This document shows positions 10,062-19,149 of a stretch of 32,000 nt of DNA, piece after piece. Each line of letters opens with the position of its first letter. Position 1 is the stretch's first letter. The DNA comes from Pseudomonas aeruginosa (GTDB lineage Bacteria > Pseudomonadota > Gammaproteobacteria > Pseudomonadales > Pseudomonadaceae), in assembly GCF_001457615.1 (NCBI RefSeq), contig NZ_LN831024.1, positions 4,440,001-4,472,000 on the forward strand. The letters run 5' to 3'. The notes under the pieces were generated by a model. The model searched no databases. It had not been told where the DNA came from and saw only the letters and a program-made list of their open reading frames with translations. The translations under genes were made by a program, and so were the position numbers.

Positions 10062-10074
10062 TTCGGAGTCCGAA
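10062..10074 (-). promoter_or_regulatory. PqsR (LysR-type) operator of the pqsA promoter
   Basis: Palindrome TTCGGACTCCGAA (read on the - strand), centred about 116 bp upstream of the pqsA ATG. That is about -45 if the TSS is 71 nt upstream of the ATG, as I recall. A TAGTTT -10-like hexamer lies at 10038-10033. Confidence 0.8.
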
Positions 10075-10325
10075 CGAAAAAGTTTCGGGGAGAAGAACCA
10101 CGGGCTTCGTAGGCCGCGGCAATCGGCGCGATCCAAACCGCGAGAAATTTGGCACACCCACCGGGCTGCGCGGGATCCGAGAACGGCAACCAAGCAAGAA
10201 GGGCGGCAGCCTTTTTACGCAAGAGCCCATTGGACAGACAAAAACCGTTACAACCCTTGCTCGAGGCCTCGTCCGAACCCATGAGATGGCAAACCAATGA
10301 CAACCCACTTTGCTCGGCAAATCGC

Positions 10326-10341
10326 CTCCCAGATCTCACAG
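10326..10341 (-). promoter_or_regulatory. las/rhl box (reported RhlR site) far upstream of pqsA
   Basis: The - strand reads CTGTGAGATCTGGGAG (CT-N12-AG), about 310 bp upstream of the inferred pqsA TSS. This matches the published box as I recall it. Confidence 0.7.
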
Positions 10342-10509
10342 TTCGAGGCGCTCGGCCTGGGCTCCAAGGGGGCGACGGCATGCCTGGAAGCAGGCGGCCA
10401 TCCATCGGGCCGATAGCGCTCCGCCCCGCCTCGCCTGCCATTTGCAGGCTTCCCTGTTGAAATCCCATTGCGTAGTACACTGGGCGAACCTGCCGAAGAG
10501 GACACCTAC

Positions 10510-11031
10510 ATGCCCCATAGCTACAGGAAAATGGAATCGCCGGTCGGGACACTGACCCTGGTAGCCAGGGACGATGCCTTTCTGGTCGCGATTCTTTGGC
10601 AGCATGAGCGTCCCAACCGAGTACCGCTGGACGAGATGCGGCTCTCCGAGGACAGCTCCCTCCTGGCGGAAACCGAACGCCAGTTGCGGGAATATTTTTC
10701 CGGCAAACGTTCCCGGTTCGAACTCCCGCTCGACTTCCAAGGTACCGAATTTCAGAAAAAGGTCTGGTCCGCCCTGCTCACCATTCCATTCGGCGAGACC
10801 CGCAGCTATACGGAAATAGCCGTGCAGATCGGCAGCCCCAACGCAGTACGGGCGGTTGGAGCCGCCAACGGACGGAACCCACTGTCCATTGTTGCACCTT
10901 GCCATAGGGTGATCGGAGCCTCTGGCGGCCTCACCGGTTTCGCCGGTGGGTTGGCCGCCAAGCAGTGGTTGCTGCGTTTGGAAACCCGAGGCAGGACACC
11001 AGACCTGTTGAGCATGATCGAGGACGAGTGA
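10510..11031 (+). CDS. ogt: Methylated-DNA-protein-cysteine methyltransferase
   Basis: Active-site PCHRVIG plus the preceding NGRNPLSIVAP motif. Start chosen at MPHSYRKMESPVG (ATG 10510, purine-rich GAAGAGGA upstream). The ORF-track start at 10468 is possible but adds 14 non-conserved-looking residues. Confidence 0.9.
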   Translation: MPHSYRKMESPVGTLTLVARDDAFLVAILWQHERPNRVPLDEMRLSEDSSLLAETERQLREYFSGKRSRFELPLDFQGTEFQKKVWSALLTIPFGETRSYTEIAVQIGSPNAVRAVGAANGRNPLSIVAPCHRVIGASGGLTGFAGGLAAKQWLLRLETRGRTPDLLSMIEDE

Positions 11032-11110
11032 GCTGCCGCTTGCCCTCGCGCCCGGTGTTCACCGGAAAAATCCTCGCCTTTTGACTTGACCCGACTGCAG
11101 CGGGGACATT

Positions 11111-13675
11111 TCAGATCGAGGACCGACGGCAACTGAGCGCAACTCGTTCGTAAGTCAGGTCCTTGTTCCTGGGCGGCAACTGATAGTCGACGGAACAGGA
11201 GCCATCGCTCCAGCGAATGGACAGGCGCCCCTGGTCCTCGATACCGAACACCAGCAAACGGGACAGGTTGTCGACCATTCCCACGACCCGCTCTTCCTTG
11301 TCGTATGCCTGTGCACCGAAGGGAATCTTTCCTCCAGAGTCCATGCTCAGGTCGAACTGCACCCGCCGACCGGACTCCGCGGAGAAACGCTTGGCGATCA
11401 CGGCGCCCCGGGTCGGCACGGCCATTTGCGTGCTGTCGCTGATCTCGGTATCGCTTCCAAGGGTATTGGTATCCAGGTTCACCCAGTTGTAACGATAGGG
11501 TTGCATGTAAGGGAGCACGGCATAGCCACGGCCGTCGGTGCGAACCGAAGAGTAGCCGTCGAGGCCGACGCCGCCGACCTCCGGAACCTCCACCAGGCCA
11601 AACGTTTCCCCCACCGGCTGGCCGAAGGTCACTCCCCCCGAATGCACCACTACCGAACCGCTTGCTCCCAGGTTGATCTGCTTGTTGTCGCGCCCCTGGC
11701 TGTAATTGGCGGACAACTTGGCCTTGGACGTGTCCCAACCCAGGCCGACGCTGCCGGAGTTGCCGCCGTCCTTGCTGTAGTTGGCCTGTGCGCTGTAGTT
11801 GAACGCATTGGCTTCATCCAGGTATCCGGAGATACCGGTGTTCAGGCTCGAATCACCATGCTGTGAACTCACGGCATTGGCATATACCTGACTGGAGCGT
11901 GCGCTACCGCCCAAGGGGATGCTGACGGAGGCCGTGAACTGGGTATCGGAGCGCCCGAACGAACCCGTCTCCTGGGTACGGGAAACCGCCAGGCTATAGC
12001 TCGCGCGCTTGATGCCGCTGCTGAAGCCGAACTGCACGCGACGGCTGCTGCCGGGGCGATTCCAATATGTGGTTTCGCCCGCCGTGAGATAGAGCGAACT
12101 GCGTCGGAACAGCGTCTGGTTCACCGTCAGGTCTATGCGGCTCTTCTGCCGACTGGAACTTGAGCCATAGAGGTAGCTCTCTTCGGACATGTCGTCGATA
12201 TGCTGGCTGAGAGTACGGTAGCCTTCCGTGGAATAGCGATAGCCCACCACGGTAAAGCTGGTTTCGGTGGCGTTGATGGTCTTGGAATAGAGAAGCCGCA
12301 GACTCTGTCCCTGGTTGCGCCCACCCCGCCGCGTGCGGGACTGGCTATGGGTCACGTCCGCAGAAAAACCGCCCAGGGGCGTGTTGAAGCCGAGGCCCAG
12401 GTTGGTGGCATTGTACTTCTCCGCAGCGAGCAGGCCGCCAAAGCCGGTAACCCTGTCGGACAAGCCATACACAGCCGACCCCTGGAGCAGGTTGACCGAC
12501 GGCTGGCCATCATTATGGTACTCACCGGCGGCCAGGCCATAGCGCAGGTTCCCCTTGCGGGTCATGACCGGCAGGTAGGAATAGGACTGCTTGAAGGACC
12601 GCTGGCGTCCGTCCGCCTCGATGATCTTGACCTCCAGGTCGCCATTGGAGCCGCTGGGATAGATGTCGGTGATCTCGAACGCACCGGGAGGTACGTTGGT
12701 GGAATAGATCACGAAGCCATTCTGGCTCACCTCGACCGTCGCATTGGTTTCAGCGATACCGCGCACCACCGGGGTATAGCTGATCTCGTTGTCGGGCAGC
12801 ATGCCGATATCGGATTGCAGTTGCACGCCGCGCATACGCACGCTCTCGAAAGCATCCCCCTGAGCGGAGGTATACAACTCGCCGAGGGACAAGGTCCCCT
12901 TCAGGGCACGAATGTCACGTTCCACATAGGTACGGTTGCTACTGAACTTGTTGCGCATGCCGGTACCTCCGCTCAGGGAGGAGTCGTTGCGCAGACGCCA
13001 GCCAAACAGGTTGAAGCCGTTGCGCAGGCCCAGGTAGCGATAATCGCTGTTCTGGCCAAAGTTGGTGTTGCGCGTGAAGTTGGCCTGGTAGTTGGAAAAC
13101 AACGCGGTGACACCGTCATCCCAAAGAGAGGGATCCACATAGCCACGCGAGTGCCGCTGTACATACAGCTGTGGAATGCTGACCAGCAGGGAAAGGCTGT
13201 TGACGTCGAACTCGATGGATGCACCGGGGATGAGTTCGGCGACATTCAGGGGCGTATTGTTTTCCAGATTATCCGGAATGAGTTTGTCTCGCGTCAGCCG
13301 GGCTATATCGACCCCGATCTCCTTGAGCAGCCCTACCCGGACGACCGGACGAACGCTTCCGGTTTCGGGATCGGCACTGAACACGACATCTTCGCGCCGG
13401 ATCATGATCTGGTTCAAATGAATGTCGACGCTGTAAGTGCCGGGCGACACCGAGTTGCCGTTCTCGAAATACTTCAGTTCAACGGGCGCCCCGCCCTCGT
13501 TGTTCAGGAACTCGGCGTTGAATTCAACCGCGAAAGTTACGGCAGGCAAAGCCAATCCCAAGGCCATGAGACAGGAAGACCTGGAATAGACGGACAACTC
13601 GAAGTCGAACTTTTTCCTAAATATGGCCACGCGAATATTCCTTGGACTAATTTCCGACAAAACGGAAACACCCAT
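11111..13675 (-). CDS. cupC3: Chaperone-usher fimbrial outer-membrane usher
   Basis: 854-aa ORF with a long usher-type signal region (…CLMALGLALPAVTFA) and PapC/FimD-like architecture. Sits downstream of the chaperone and major subunit genes. The exact start is uncertain because no SD sequence precedes ATG 13675. Confidence 0.9.
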   Translation of the reverse strand: MGVSVLSEISPRNIRVAIFRKKFDFELSVYSRSSCLMALGLALPAVTFAVEFNAEFLNNEGGAPVELKYFENGNSVSPGTYSVDIHLNQIMIRREDVVFSADPETGSVRPVVRVGLLKEIGVDIARLTRDKLIPDNLENNTPLNVAELIPGASIEFDVNSLSLLVSIPQLYVQRHSRGYVDPSLWDDGVTALFSNYQANFTRNTNFGQNSDYRYLGLRNGFNLFGWRLRNDSSLSGGTGMRNKFSSNRTYVERDIRALKGTLSLGELYTSAQGDAFESVRMRGVQLQSDIGMLPDNEISYTPVVRGIAETNATVEVSQNGFVIYSTNVPPGAFEITDIYPSGSNGDLEVKIIEADGRQRSFKQSYSYLPVMTRKGNLRYGLAAGEYHNDGQPSVNLLQGSAVYGLSDRVTGFGGLLAAEKYNATNLGLGFNTPLGGFSADVTHSQSRTRRGGRNQGQSLRLLYSKTINATETSFTVVGYRYSTEGYRTLSQHIDDMSEESYLYGSSSSRQKSRIDLTVNQTLFRRSSLYLTAGETTYWNRPGSSRRVQFGFSSGIKRASYSLAVSRTQETGSFGRSDTQFTASVSIPLGGSARSSQVYANAVSSQHGDSSLNTGISGYLDEANAFNYSAQANYSKDGGNSGSVGLGWDTSKAKLSANYSQGRDNKQINLGASGSVVVHSGGVTFGQPVGETFGLVEVPEVGGVGLDGYSSVRTDGRGYAVLPYMQPYRYNWVNLDTNTLGSDTEISDSTQMAVPTRGAVIAKRFSAESGRRVQFDLSMDSGGKIPFGAQAYDKEERVVGMVDNLSRLLVFGIEDQGRLSIRWSDGSCSVDYQLPPRNKDLTYERVALSCRRSSI

Positions 13676-13689
13676 CCATAGGGGAAGTT

Positions 13690-13725
13690 AAGAGCAGTTC
13701 TTCTGCTCTTCTACTCTGCTCTTCT
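13690..13725 (-). repeat. Intercistronic hairpin plus 10-nt direct repeat between cupC2 and cupC3
   Basis: AAGAGCAG (13690-13697) pairs with CTGCTCTT (13703-13710) as an 8-bp stem with a 5-nt loop. CTGCTCTTCT is repeated at 13703-13712 and 13716-13725, which allows alternative pairing. Confidence 0.35.
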
Positions 13726-13730
13726 GAGCT

Positions 13731-14444
13731 TCAGTCGGATAAGGAGCTGGAATGTTTATCGAGTCCGCCATAGTCATTTACGCTCTGGAACTCGACATTT
13801 CCAGAAACGCCGGATGGAGTTCCCTTGATTTCGAATCGGCGACTCGACTTCGGCGCGACCATGTCGGCATCAACAACATAGTAGGCATTGCCAGCTTTTA
13901 ATTTCACGCTGGCTAAAGAGACATGAAACGCAGTATCGTTGGAAACTTCGACAACTGACTTTCCACCCTGACGGACAAGACGCCAGTTCAACTTTCCAGG
14001 CGCTTCGGCGGAAGTTCCCGACAAGTTATCGGGGCGGTAGAAGACCTTGATACGCTGGCGCAAAGCTATCTGCAACGTATTAGCCGAGGCAGATTTTTGC
14101 GGAATTTCCTGGACGTTCAGGCGGAATACGGATTCCCTGTCGCTCGGCAAGCCTTCCCCTTGAAACAGGATACGCAGGGTTTGCTGCTTGTTGCCTCCCA
14201 AACGACTGAGGGCAGGCGTGATGACAAACGGAACCTCACGTTTATCTGCCCCATTATCAGCCTCTACCCAGGATTGAATCATCACGTCCTTGGAAGCCTG
14301 GTTCCTGACCAGGATCGCAGCCTCCTTGGCAGGCGCCTGCAGAACGACCCGGGTTCCTCCCAGTGTGATTCCCGCATTGGCCAGGGTGGAAAAAAGCAAA
14401 AGGATGCCACCCCAGATAACTCTGGAAGAAAATGGATATTTCAT
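13731..14444 (-). CDS. cupC2: PapD-like periplasmic fimbrial chaperone
   Basis: MKYPFSSRVIWGGILLLFSTLANA signal peptide followed by GITLGGTRVVLQ, a typical mature chaperone N-terminus. Upstream in-frame ATGs at 14462 and 14480 are possible alternative starts. Confidence 0.9.
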   Translation of the reverse strand: MKYPFSSRVIWGGILLLFSTLANAGITLGGTRVVLQAPAKEAAILVRNQASKDVMIQSWVEADNGADKREVPFVITPALSRLGGNKQQTLRILFQGEGLPSDRESVFRLNVQEIPQKSASANTLQIALRQRIKVFYRPDNLSGTSAEAPGKLNWRLVRQGGKSVVEVSNDTAFHVSLASVKLKAGNAYYVVDADMVAPKSSRRFEIKGTPSGVSGNVEFQSVNDYGGLDKHSSSLSD

Positions 14445-14467
14445 GATGAACTCGCACCTCATGGAAC

Positions 14468-14485
14468 GGGGTATATACATACCCC
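14468..14485 (-). other. Stem-loop between the major subunit gene and the chaperone gene
   Basis: GGGGTAT / ATAC / ATACCCC, a 7-bp stem located between the cupC1 stop (14502) and the cupC2 start (14444). Its position resembles the mRNA-stabilising hairpins after major pilin genes in other chaperone-usher operons. Confidence 0.4.
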
Positions 14486-14501
14486 GCCCACGTAGCAGAA
14501 C

Positions 14502-15113
14502 TTAGTTGTATTCCAGGGTGAACGGCAGGGAGCCGTCGGCACTACCAGCCGTAGGAGCTACGGAGCCGGATTTGACATAAGCGGCACGCAGATTCAGCTT
14601 GGCACTGTAGACAGTGATGTCATTGCCTTCGCCATCTTTTTGTACCTTGGAATCCAGGGGCGCATCGATGGTCTCGTTCGCCGACAGGTTCAGCAGCTTG
14701 CCATCGGATCCATAGATACCGATACCGACACCGGTGGCGGTGCCGACGGTTTTCAGCAGGCTCTCATTGTTCGGGTCAATAGTGCTCCCAGACATCGGGT
14801 TGAACTTCAGCTTGACGGTGGTCAGGCCGGTACCGGTCTTGCCACAGTCCAGGTTCAGGTTCAGGCTGGTACCACCGGCGATGCTGCCGCCCGCGGTGCC
14901 GCCCAGCGAGTCGATGCTGATCTTGCCAAGGTTTACGTCGATGGTCTGGTTGCCCGCAGCACCGCCAACGGTGGTGCCGGCACCACCAGTGATGCTGCAA
15001 GCGGCCGCGGTGATTTCACCTTTGAAATTGATGGTGCCGTCTGCCGCCATGGCATTGCCGACGACCAGGCTGGCTACTGCGGCAGCCAGAATGCTTTTCA
15101 TGGAAATGGACAC
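14502..15113 (-). CDS. cupC1: Type-1-like fimbrial major subunit
   Basis: Signal peptide …LVVGNAMA followed by ADGTINFKGEITAAACSI and a C-terminal …LPFTLEYN, typical of a fimbrial subunit. GTG start at 15113 with AAGGAAG 7 nt upstream. An internal ATG at 15101 lacks an SD sequence at usable spacing. Confidence 0.9.
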   Translation of the reverse strand: MSISMKSILAAAVASLVVGNAMAADGTINFKGEITAAACSITGGAGTTVGGAAGNQTIDVNLGKISIDSLGGTAGGSIAGGTSLNLNLDCGKTGTGLTTVKLKFNPMSGSTIDPNNESLLKTVGTATGVGIGIYGSDGKLLNLSANETIDAPLDSKVQKDGEGNDITVYSAKLNLRAAYVKSGSVAPTAGSADGSLPFTLEYN

Positions 15114-15556
15114 GATTGAGCTTCCTTTTGACAGTGAAAGTGTTGCGATTTTTGAACTCTATAAGAGCCAGCAACATTCTCCGAAAAGCCGAATAGAACG
15201 ACAACGAAGCACTTCCCAGGCAATCGTGTGAAATCTCCCCAGTGCTTGTATGAAGTTTCCTACAAGCGGAAAAAACCTCGTAGTTAAAAACCCTCCGACA
15301 CCATAAGCCCGCTACCACTAACAGCCAAACAAAATGAACGATCCGAAAGAAGCGCATCAGCTTCGATAGCGCCTCTTATATAGAAAAATGAAAAACCAAG
15401 ACAAACCAAAGCAAACCCAGCAGGCTCCCAATTATCCCATTACTCCAGCAGCAGGCGCGGAGCTTACGGGAACGGGAAATCCATGCTGGTGAATAGATGC
15501 GATTCAGGTTATGGAGAAACCTGAACAGCTTCTGAAACCTCTATCTGGTCCGATCT

Positions 15557-15934
15557 CTAGAGCTTTGCCAATTCGGTTGAGATACTGATTTCGAACGCAC
15601 TTAGTTTGCCTTCCAATGAAGAGGCCAGATTGGCTATCCGCTCGGAAGACTCCGATGGGTTCTGGCAAGCCTTTTCAAGGCAGGAACAAGACTCGACCAA
15701 TAGGCTGCTGCCCACCACCCTCGCAGCCCCTTTTATCCTGTGCGCAAGTTCGGCCACTCCTTGCAGGTCTGCGAGTTCAAGCAATTCCGCCAACCGAGTA
15801 CGATCATCCCGACTGCTGGCCAATAAAGTTTCCAGCAACCGCTGCAATGCAGCCGGCTCGCCGCCGGTAATGGCCTCCAGCGAACGAATGTCGAAAAGAC
15901 TTTCCATCGGCGATTCCGAACCAAGCTCTTTCAT
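15557..15934 (-). CDS. Stand-alone histidine phosphotransfer (Hpt) domain protein
   Basis: 125 aa with the HxxKG phospho-accepting motif (AELAHRIKGAARVVG). GGAG lies 5 nt upstream of the ATG. Probably the PA0991 equivalent, judged from PAO1 gene order as I remember it. Confidence 0.8.
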   Translation of the reverse strand: MKELGSESPMESLFDIRSLEAITGGEPAALQRLLETLLASSRDDRTRLAELLELADLQGVAELAHRIKGAARVVGSSLLVESCSCLEKACQNPSESSERIANLASSLEGKLSAFEISISTELAKL

Positions 15935-16407
15935 ACAGACTCCATCGATATGCTTAAAGGAAGGTCACTGCGCGTTGCGCTGTCCCGCCTGCGGGACTCC
16001 AGGCATCCGTAGAACGACAAGGCCGTACATGCCGTCCGGGCCAGTTATCCGCAAGCAGCATAAGGGAATTGCCTCCGCCTCTGCCGTCCAAACAGGGGAG
16101 CATCGCTTGTTGCGTCTCCTCGAACGGACCCAAACGGCCCTGGAAACGCTCATGGCCGGCACGGAGTCTACCTTTGCCAGCCGACCGCAGCCGGCCCGAC
16201 CGCTCGTTTAGGGGAGGGAAACTCCTACGGTAAGTCTGTGCGAAGAGGCGTCATCGGTTGCGACCGCCTGACGGTTCGAAGCGAACCTGGCGGAGGAGCC
16301 ATCGCTGCGACAGGCGAGTCTGGGTTACGCGCAGGTCGCGATGAAACAGCGGCATAAGCCACTATTGGCGCACACAGGCATACGAGGAAGACGCAGGGAA
16401 CACCTGG

Positions 16408-17157
16408 TTGAAAACCAGCTCTACAGATCATCGAGCGGCGAGGGTTCTATCTATGGCAAATCCATTGGACGGCTTGCACGACGCGGACCACGCGAAGGCC
16501 GAAAAAACGGAAGGAAGGATGCCATCGGTCAGCGATCCCAGGGCGCTTGCCCGTCTTCTGGAATTGATACTGTCCACCGCCCAGGCCGGTCTCGCCTTCT
16601 CCAAGGACCGCTTCGACATCGGACGCTTTCGCGCGCTCCAGCATGCCGTCGCCGAATTCATCGCCAGCGACCAGGGGGTAGCGTACGAACGGGTCGAGAA
16701 CTGGATCGCTCTGGACAGCCACTACCCGACCCCGAAACTGGACGTCCGTGCGTTGATCCTCGACTCGCAACAGCGGGTTCTGCTGGTTCGGGAGGCCTCG
16801 GATAGTCGCTGGACCCTACCAGGCGGCTGGTGCGACGTAAACGAGTCGCCGGCAGATGCGGTAGTTCGCGAAACCCAGGAAGAAAGCGGACTGGAAGTTC
16901 GAGCGATACGCCTGTTGGCATTGCTGGACAAGCACAAGCATCCCCACCCTCCCCAACTGCCGCATGCGTTGAAAGCCTTCTTCTTCTGCCACGTCACCGG
17001 AGGCAGTCTTCAACAACAAACGGACGAAACGTCGGCGGCCGAGTACTTCCCGGTGGACGCCTTGCCGCCGCTTTCCGAGCACCGGGTACTGGCCTCGCAG
17101 ATCCAGACGTTATGGCAGCGAATCCACGCGGAAACGCCAGAGGCGCTTTTCGACTAG
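16408..17157 (+). CDS. Nudix hydrolase with an N-terminal helical extension; start uncertain (ATG 16408, 16453 or 16519)
   Basis: Complete Nudix box GWCDVNESPADAVVRETQEESGL (Gx5Ex7REUxEExGU). Confidence 0.85.
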   Translation: MKTSSTDHRAARVLSMANPLDGLHDADHAKAEKTEGRMPSVSDPRALARLLELILSTAQAGLAFSKDRFDIGRFRALQHAVAEFIASDQGVAYERVENWIALDSHYPTPKLDVRALILDSQQRVLLVREASDSRWTLPGGWCDVNESPADAVVRETQEESGLEVRAIRLLALLDKHKHPHPPQLPHALKAFFFCHVTGGSLQQQTDETSAAEYFPVDALPPLSEHRVLASQIQTLWQRIHAETPEALFD

Positions 17158-17502
17158 CCCCCCGACCTCATGGAGTCATCGCGCGGCAGACGGCCTGACC
17201 CTAACGACGTCCAGCAGGCGTACCCGGCAGATCGACCGGCCAGTCGACGAGCGCCTGCCGCCCTCCCCCATCGCCGGCAGCTTGATGCCGCCAACAGCGG
17301 CGCAGCGTGCCTTCCGAGCAGTAAAGCCGGCCCGTCGTTCTCGTTCGAATGCGTGGCGGAGCGCACCCGAGGCGCCAGCCATCGACCATCCCGAACGTGC
17401 CGATGGAGCGAACTCCGAGCGAGTTCCCCCGCTTCGTCCATAGCTCATCTGTGCTAGTCGACCCTCACCTTGGGCTGCACCTATGATTCGTCCCTTGGAT
17501 GA

Positions 17503-18102
<600 letters not shown>

Positions 18103-18222
18103 AAATGAAGGAAGGCGGCTTGCCGCCCTCCTCCGGAGCCCCACGGAGCAGGTCAGCGGCATGCCGCTCGCAGCGTCCTGCCGGCCGTAGCCAGCGCCGC
18201 GACGAATAGCCAGAATGTTTCT

Positions 18223-18639
18223 CTATGCGAGGAGCGCGCGGAGCTGCGCGGGGACCTCCATGACTTCGCGGGTATCCGGGGAGACACAGACCTGCGTCAG
18301 GCTCGCAGTGAACGCCACCACGTCCGGCGAAAGACGTCCTTCGACTGAAAACGAGAAAGAATGCGTCCCCACGTTCGACACGCCCACCTGCATCGTGAGC
18401 TCGTCGTCCCAGGTGACCGGATGCAGGAATTCCAGGGAGAACGCTCTCGCCGGGGGAAGAATCCTGAACCCCAGGAGGGTTCTGAGCCCCGGGCCGCCCA
18501 GCCAGACCCCGAGCGCCTCCTGCACCGCTTCCAGCACAAAGTATGAAAAACGTGGCGTATAGACGATCCCTTCGGGATCACAGTCGCCAAACAGTACCGT
18601 TCTCTTTATGAAAACCGGGGTCGGCATCGGGTCACTCAT
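18223..18639 (-). CDS. Hotdog-fold (4HBT/YbgC-class) acyl-CoA thioesterase
   Basis: 138 aa. The N-terminal VLFGDCDPEGIVYTPRFSYF matches the catalytic-Asp motif pattern (x-D-x-D-x-x-G-x-V-Y) of 4HBT-type thioesterases. Confidence 0.7.
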   Translation of the reverse strand: MSDPMPTPVFIKRTVLFGDCDPEGIVYTPRFSYFVLEAVQEALGVWLGGPGLRTLLGFRILPPARAFSLEFLHPVTWDDELTMQVGVSNVGTHSFSFSVEGRLSPDVVAFTASLTQVCVSPDTREVMEVPAQLRALLA

Positions 18640-18880
18640 CCGGTCGCCAGGAAAGGAACCTCACTCTATGGGAGTCCCGGTCCGCTGACAAATCCTCGGA
18701 TAGCCGTGCACCAGTTCACCAGGCTGCGCGGGGTCTGACAGGAACACGCCAGAACGAACGGGAAAGCGGCTGCCAGTACCGATATGACTGGCGGAAGCGC
18801 GAAACCGGCCTTCTTCCCGATGTCGATAAGGATAAGAGTTGCGGTACGCTGGGGATGAGATATCCGGACTGCGGAAACAG

Positions 18881-18908
18881 AAAAGCCCGCCTTGTCGGGC
18901 GGGCTTTT
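18881..18908 (-). terminator. Rho-independent terminator downstream of tRNA-Lys (structure is bidirectional)
   Basis: AAAAGCCCGCC (18881-18891), a 6-nt loop, then GGCGGGCTTTT (18898-18908). On the - strand the stem is followed by TTTTCTGTTT. Confidence 0.7.
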
Positions 18909-19014
18909 CATATCGACTCGGTCGATTCTGGCCAGTTTCCTGGCCAAGGCATACTGCAGCTCCGAAGCTAAAGTTGTGAGCTCTACGGATATCTACAGAA
19001 ACTCCTTTCTAATA

Positions 19015-19090
19015 TGGTGGGTCGTGTAGGATTCGAACCTACGACCAATTGGTTAAAAGCCAACTGCTCTACCGACTGAGCTAACGACCC
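19015..19090 (-). tRNA. tRNA-Lys (anticodon UUU), CCA encoded
   Basis: The reverse complement reads GGGTCGTTAGCTCAGTCGGTAGAGCAGTTGGCTTTTAACCAATTGGTCGTAGGTTCGAATCCTACACGACCCACCA. It has a cloverleaf with the anticodon loop CTTTTAA and the T-arm GGTTCGAATCC. Confidence 0.95.
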
Positions 19091-19149
19091 AACGCGAGGC
19101 GTATAATACTGATTTCTAACGTAAAAACAACACCCCTCGTGAATTTTTT

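Noticed and set aside
10022-10552. Several 80-190-aa ORFs on both strands between pqsA and ogt.
   Set aside because: The region is the experimentally characterised pqsA regulatory region and contains the LysR box and the rhl box. The ORFs have no SD sequences or motifs and overlap each other.
11032-11110. Possible bidirectional terminator between the convergent ogt and cupC3 genes (CCGGT/GTTC/ACCGG).
   Set aside because: The stem is only 5 bp and neither strand has a convincing U-tract. The support is too weak to annotate.
15503-15525. Hairpin TTCAGGTT/ATGGAGA/AACCTGAA just downstream of the Hpt gene, considered as its terminator.
   Set aside because: The 8-bp AT-rich stem is not followed by a U-run on the - strand. 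It could equally be part of the cupC upstream regulatory region, so it is not called.
18666-18947. 93-aa - strand ORF between the thioesterase gene and tRNA-Lys.
   Set aside because: It reads straight through the strong terminator hairpin (18881-18908), has no SD sequence and shows no motif. It is more likely non-coding spacer downstream of the tRNA.
18640-19014. Search for a direct repeat of the tRNA-Lys 3' end (an att scar) or an integrase remnant next to the tRNA.
   Set aside because: By eye there is no copy of the GGTTCGAATCCTAC…CCA segment or any recombinase-like ORF in this interval. I treat the site as empty rather than as a degraded island.
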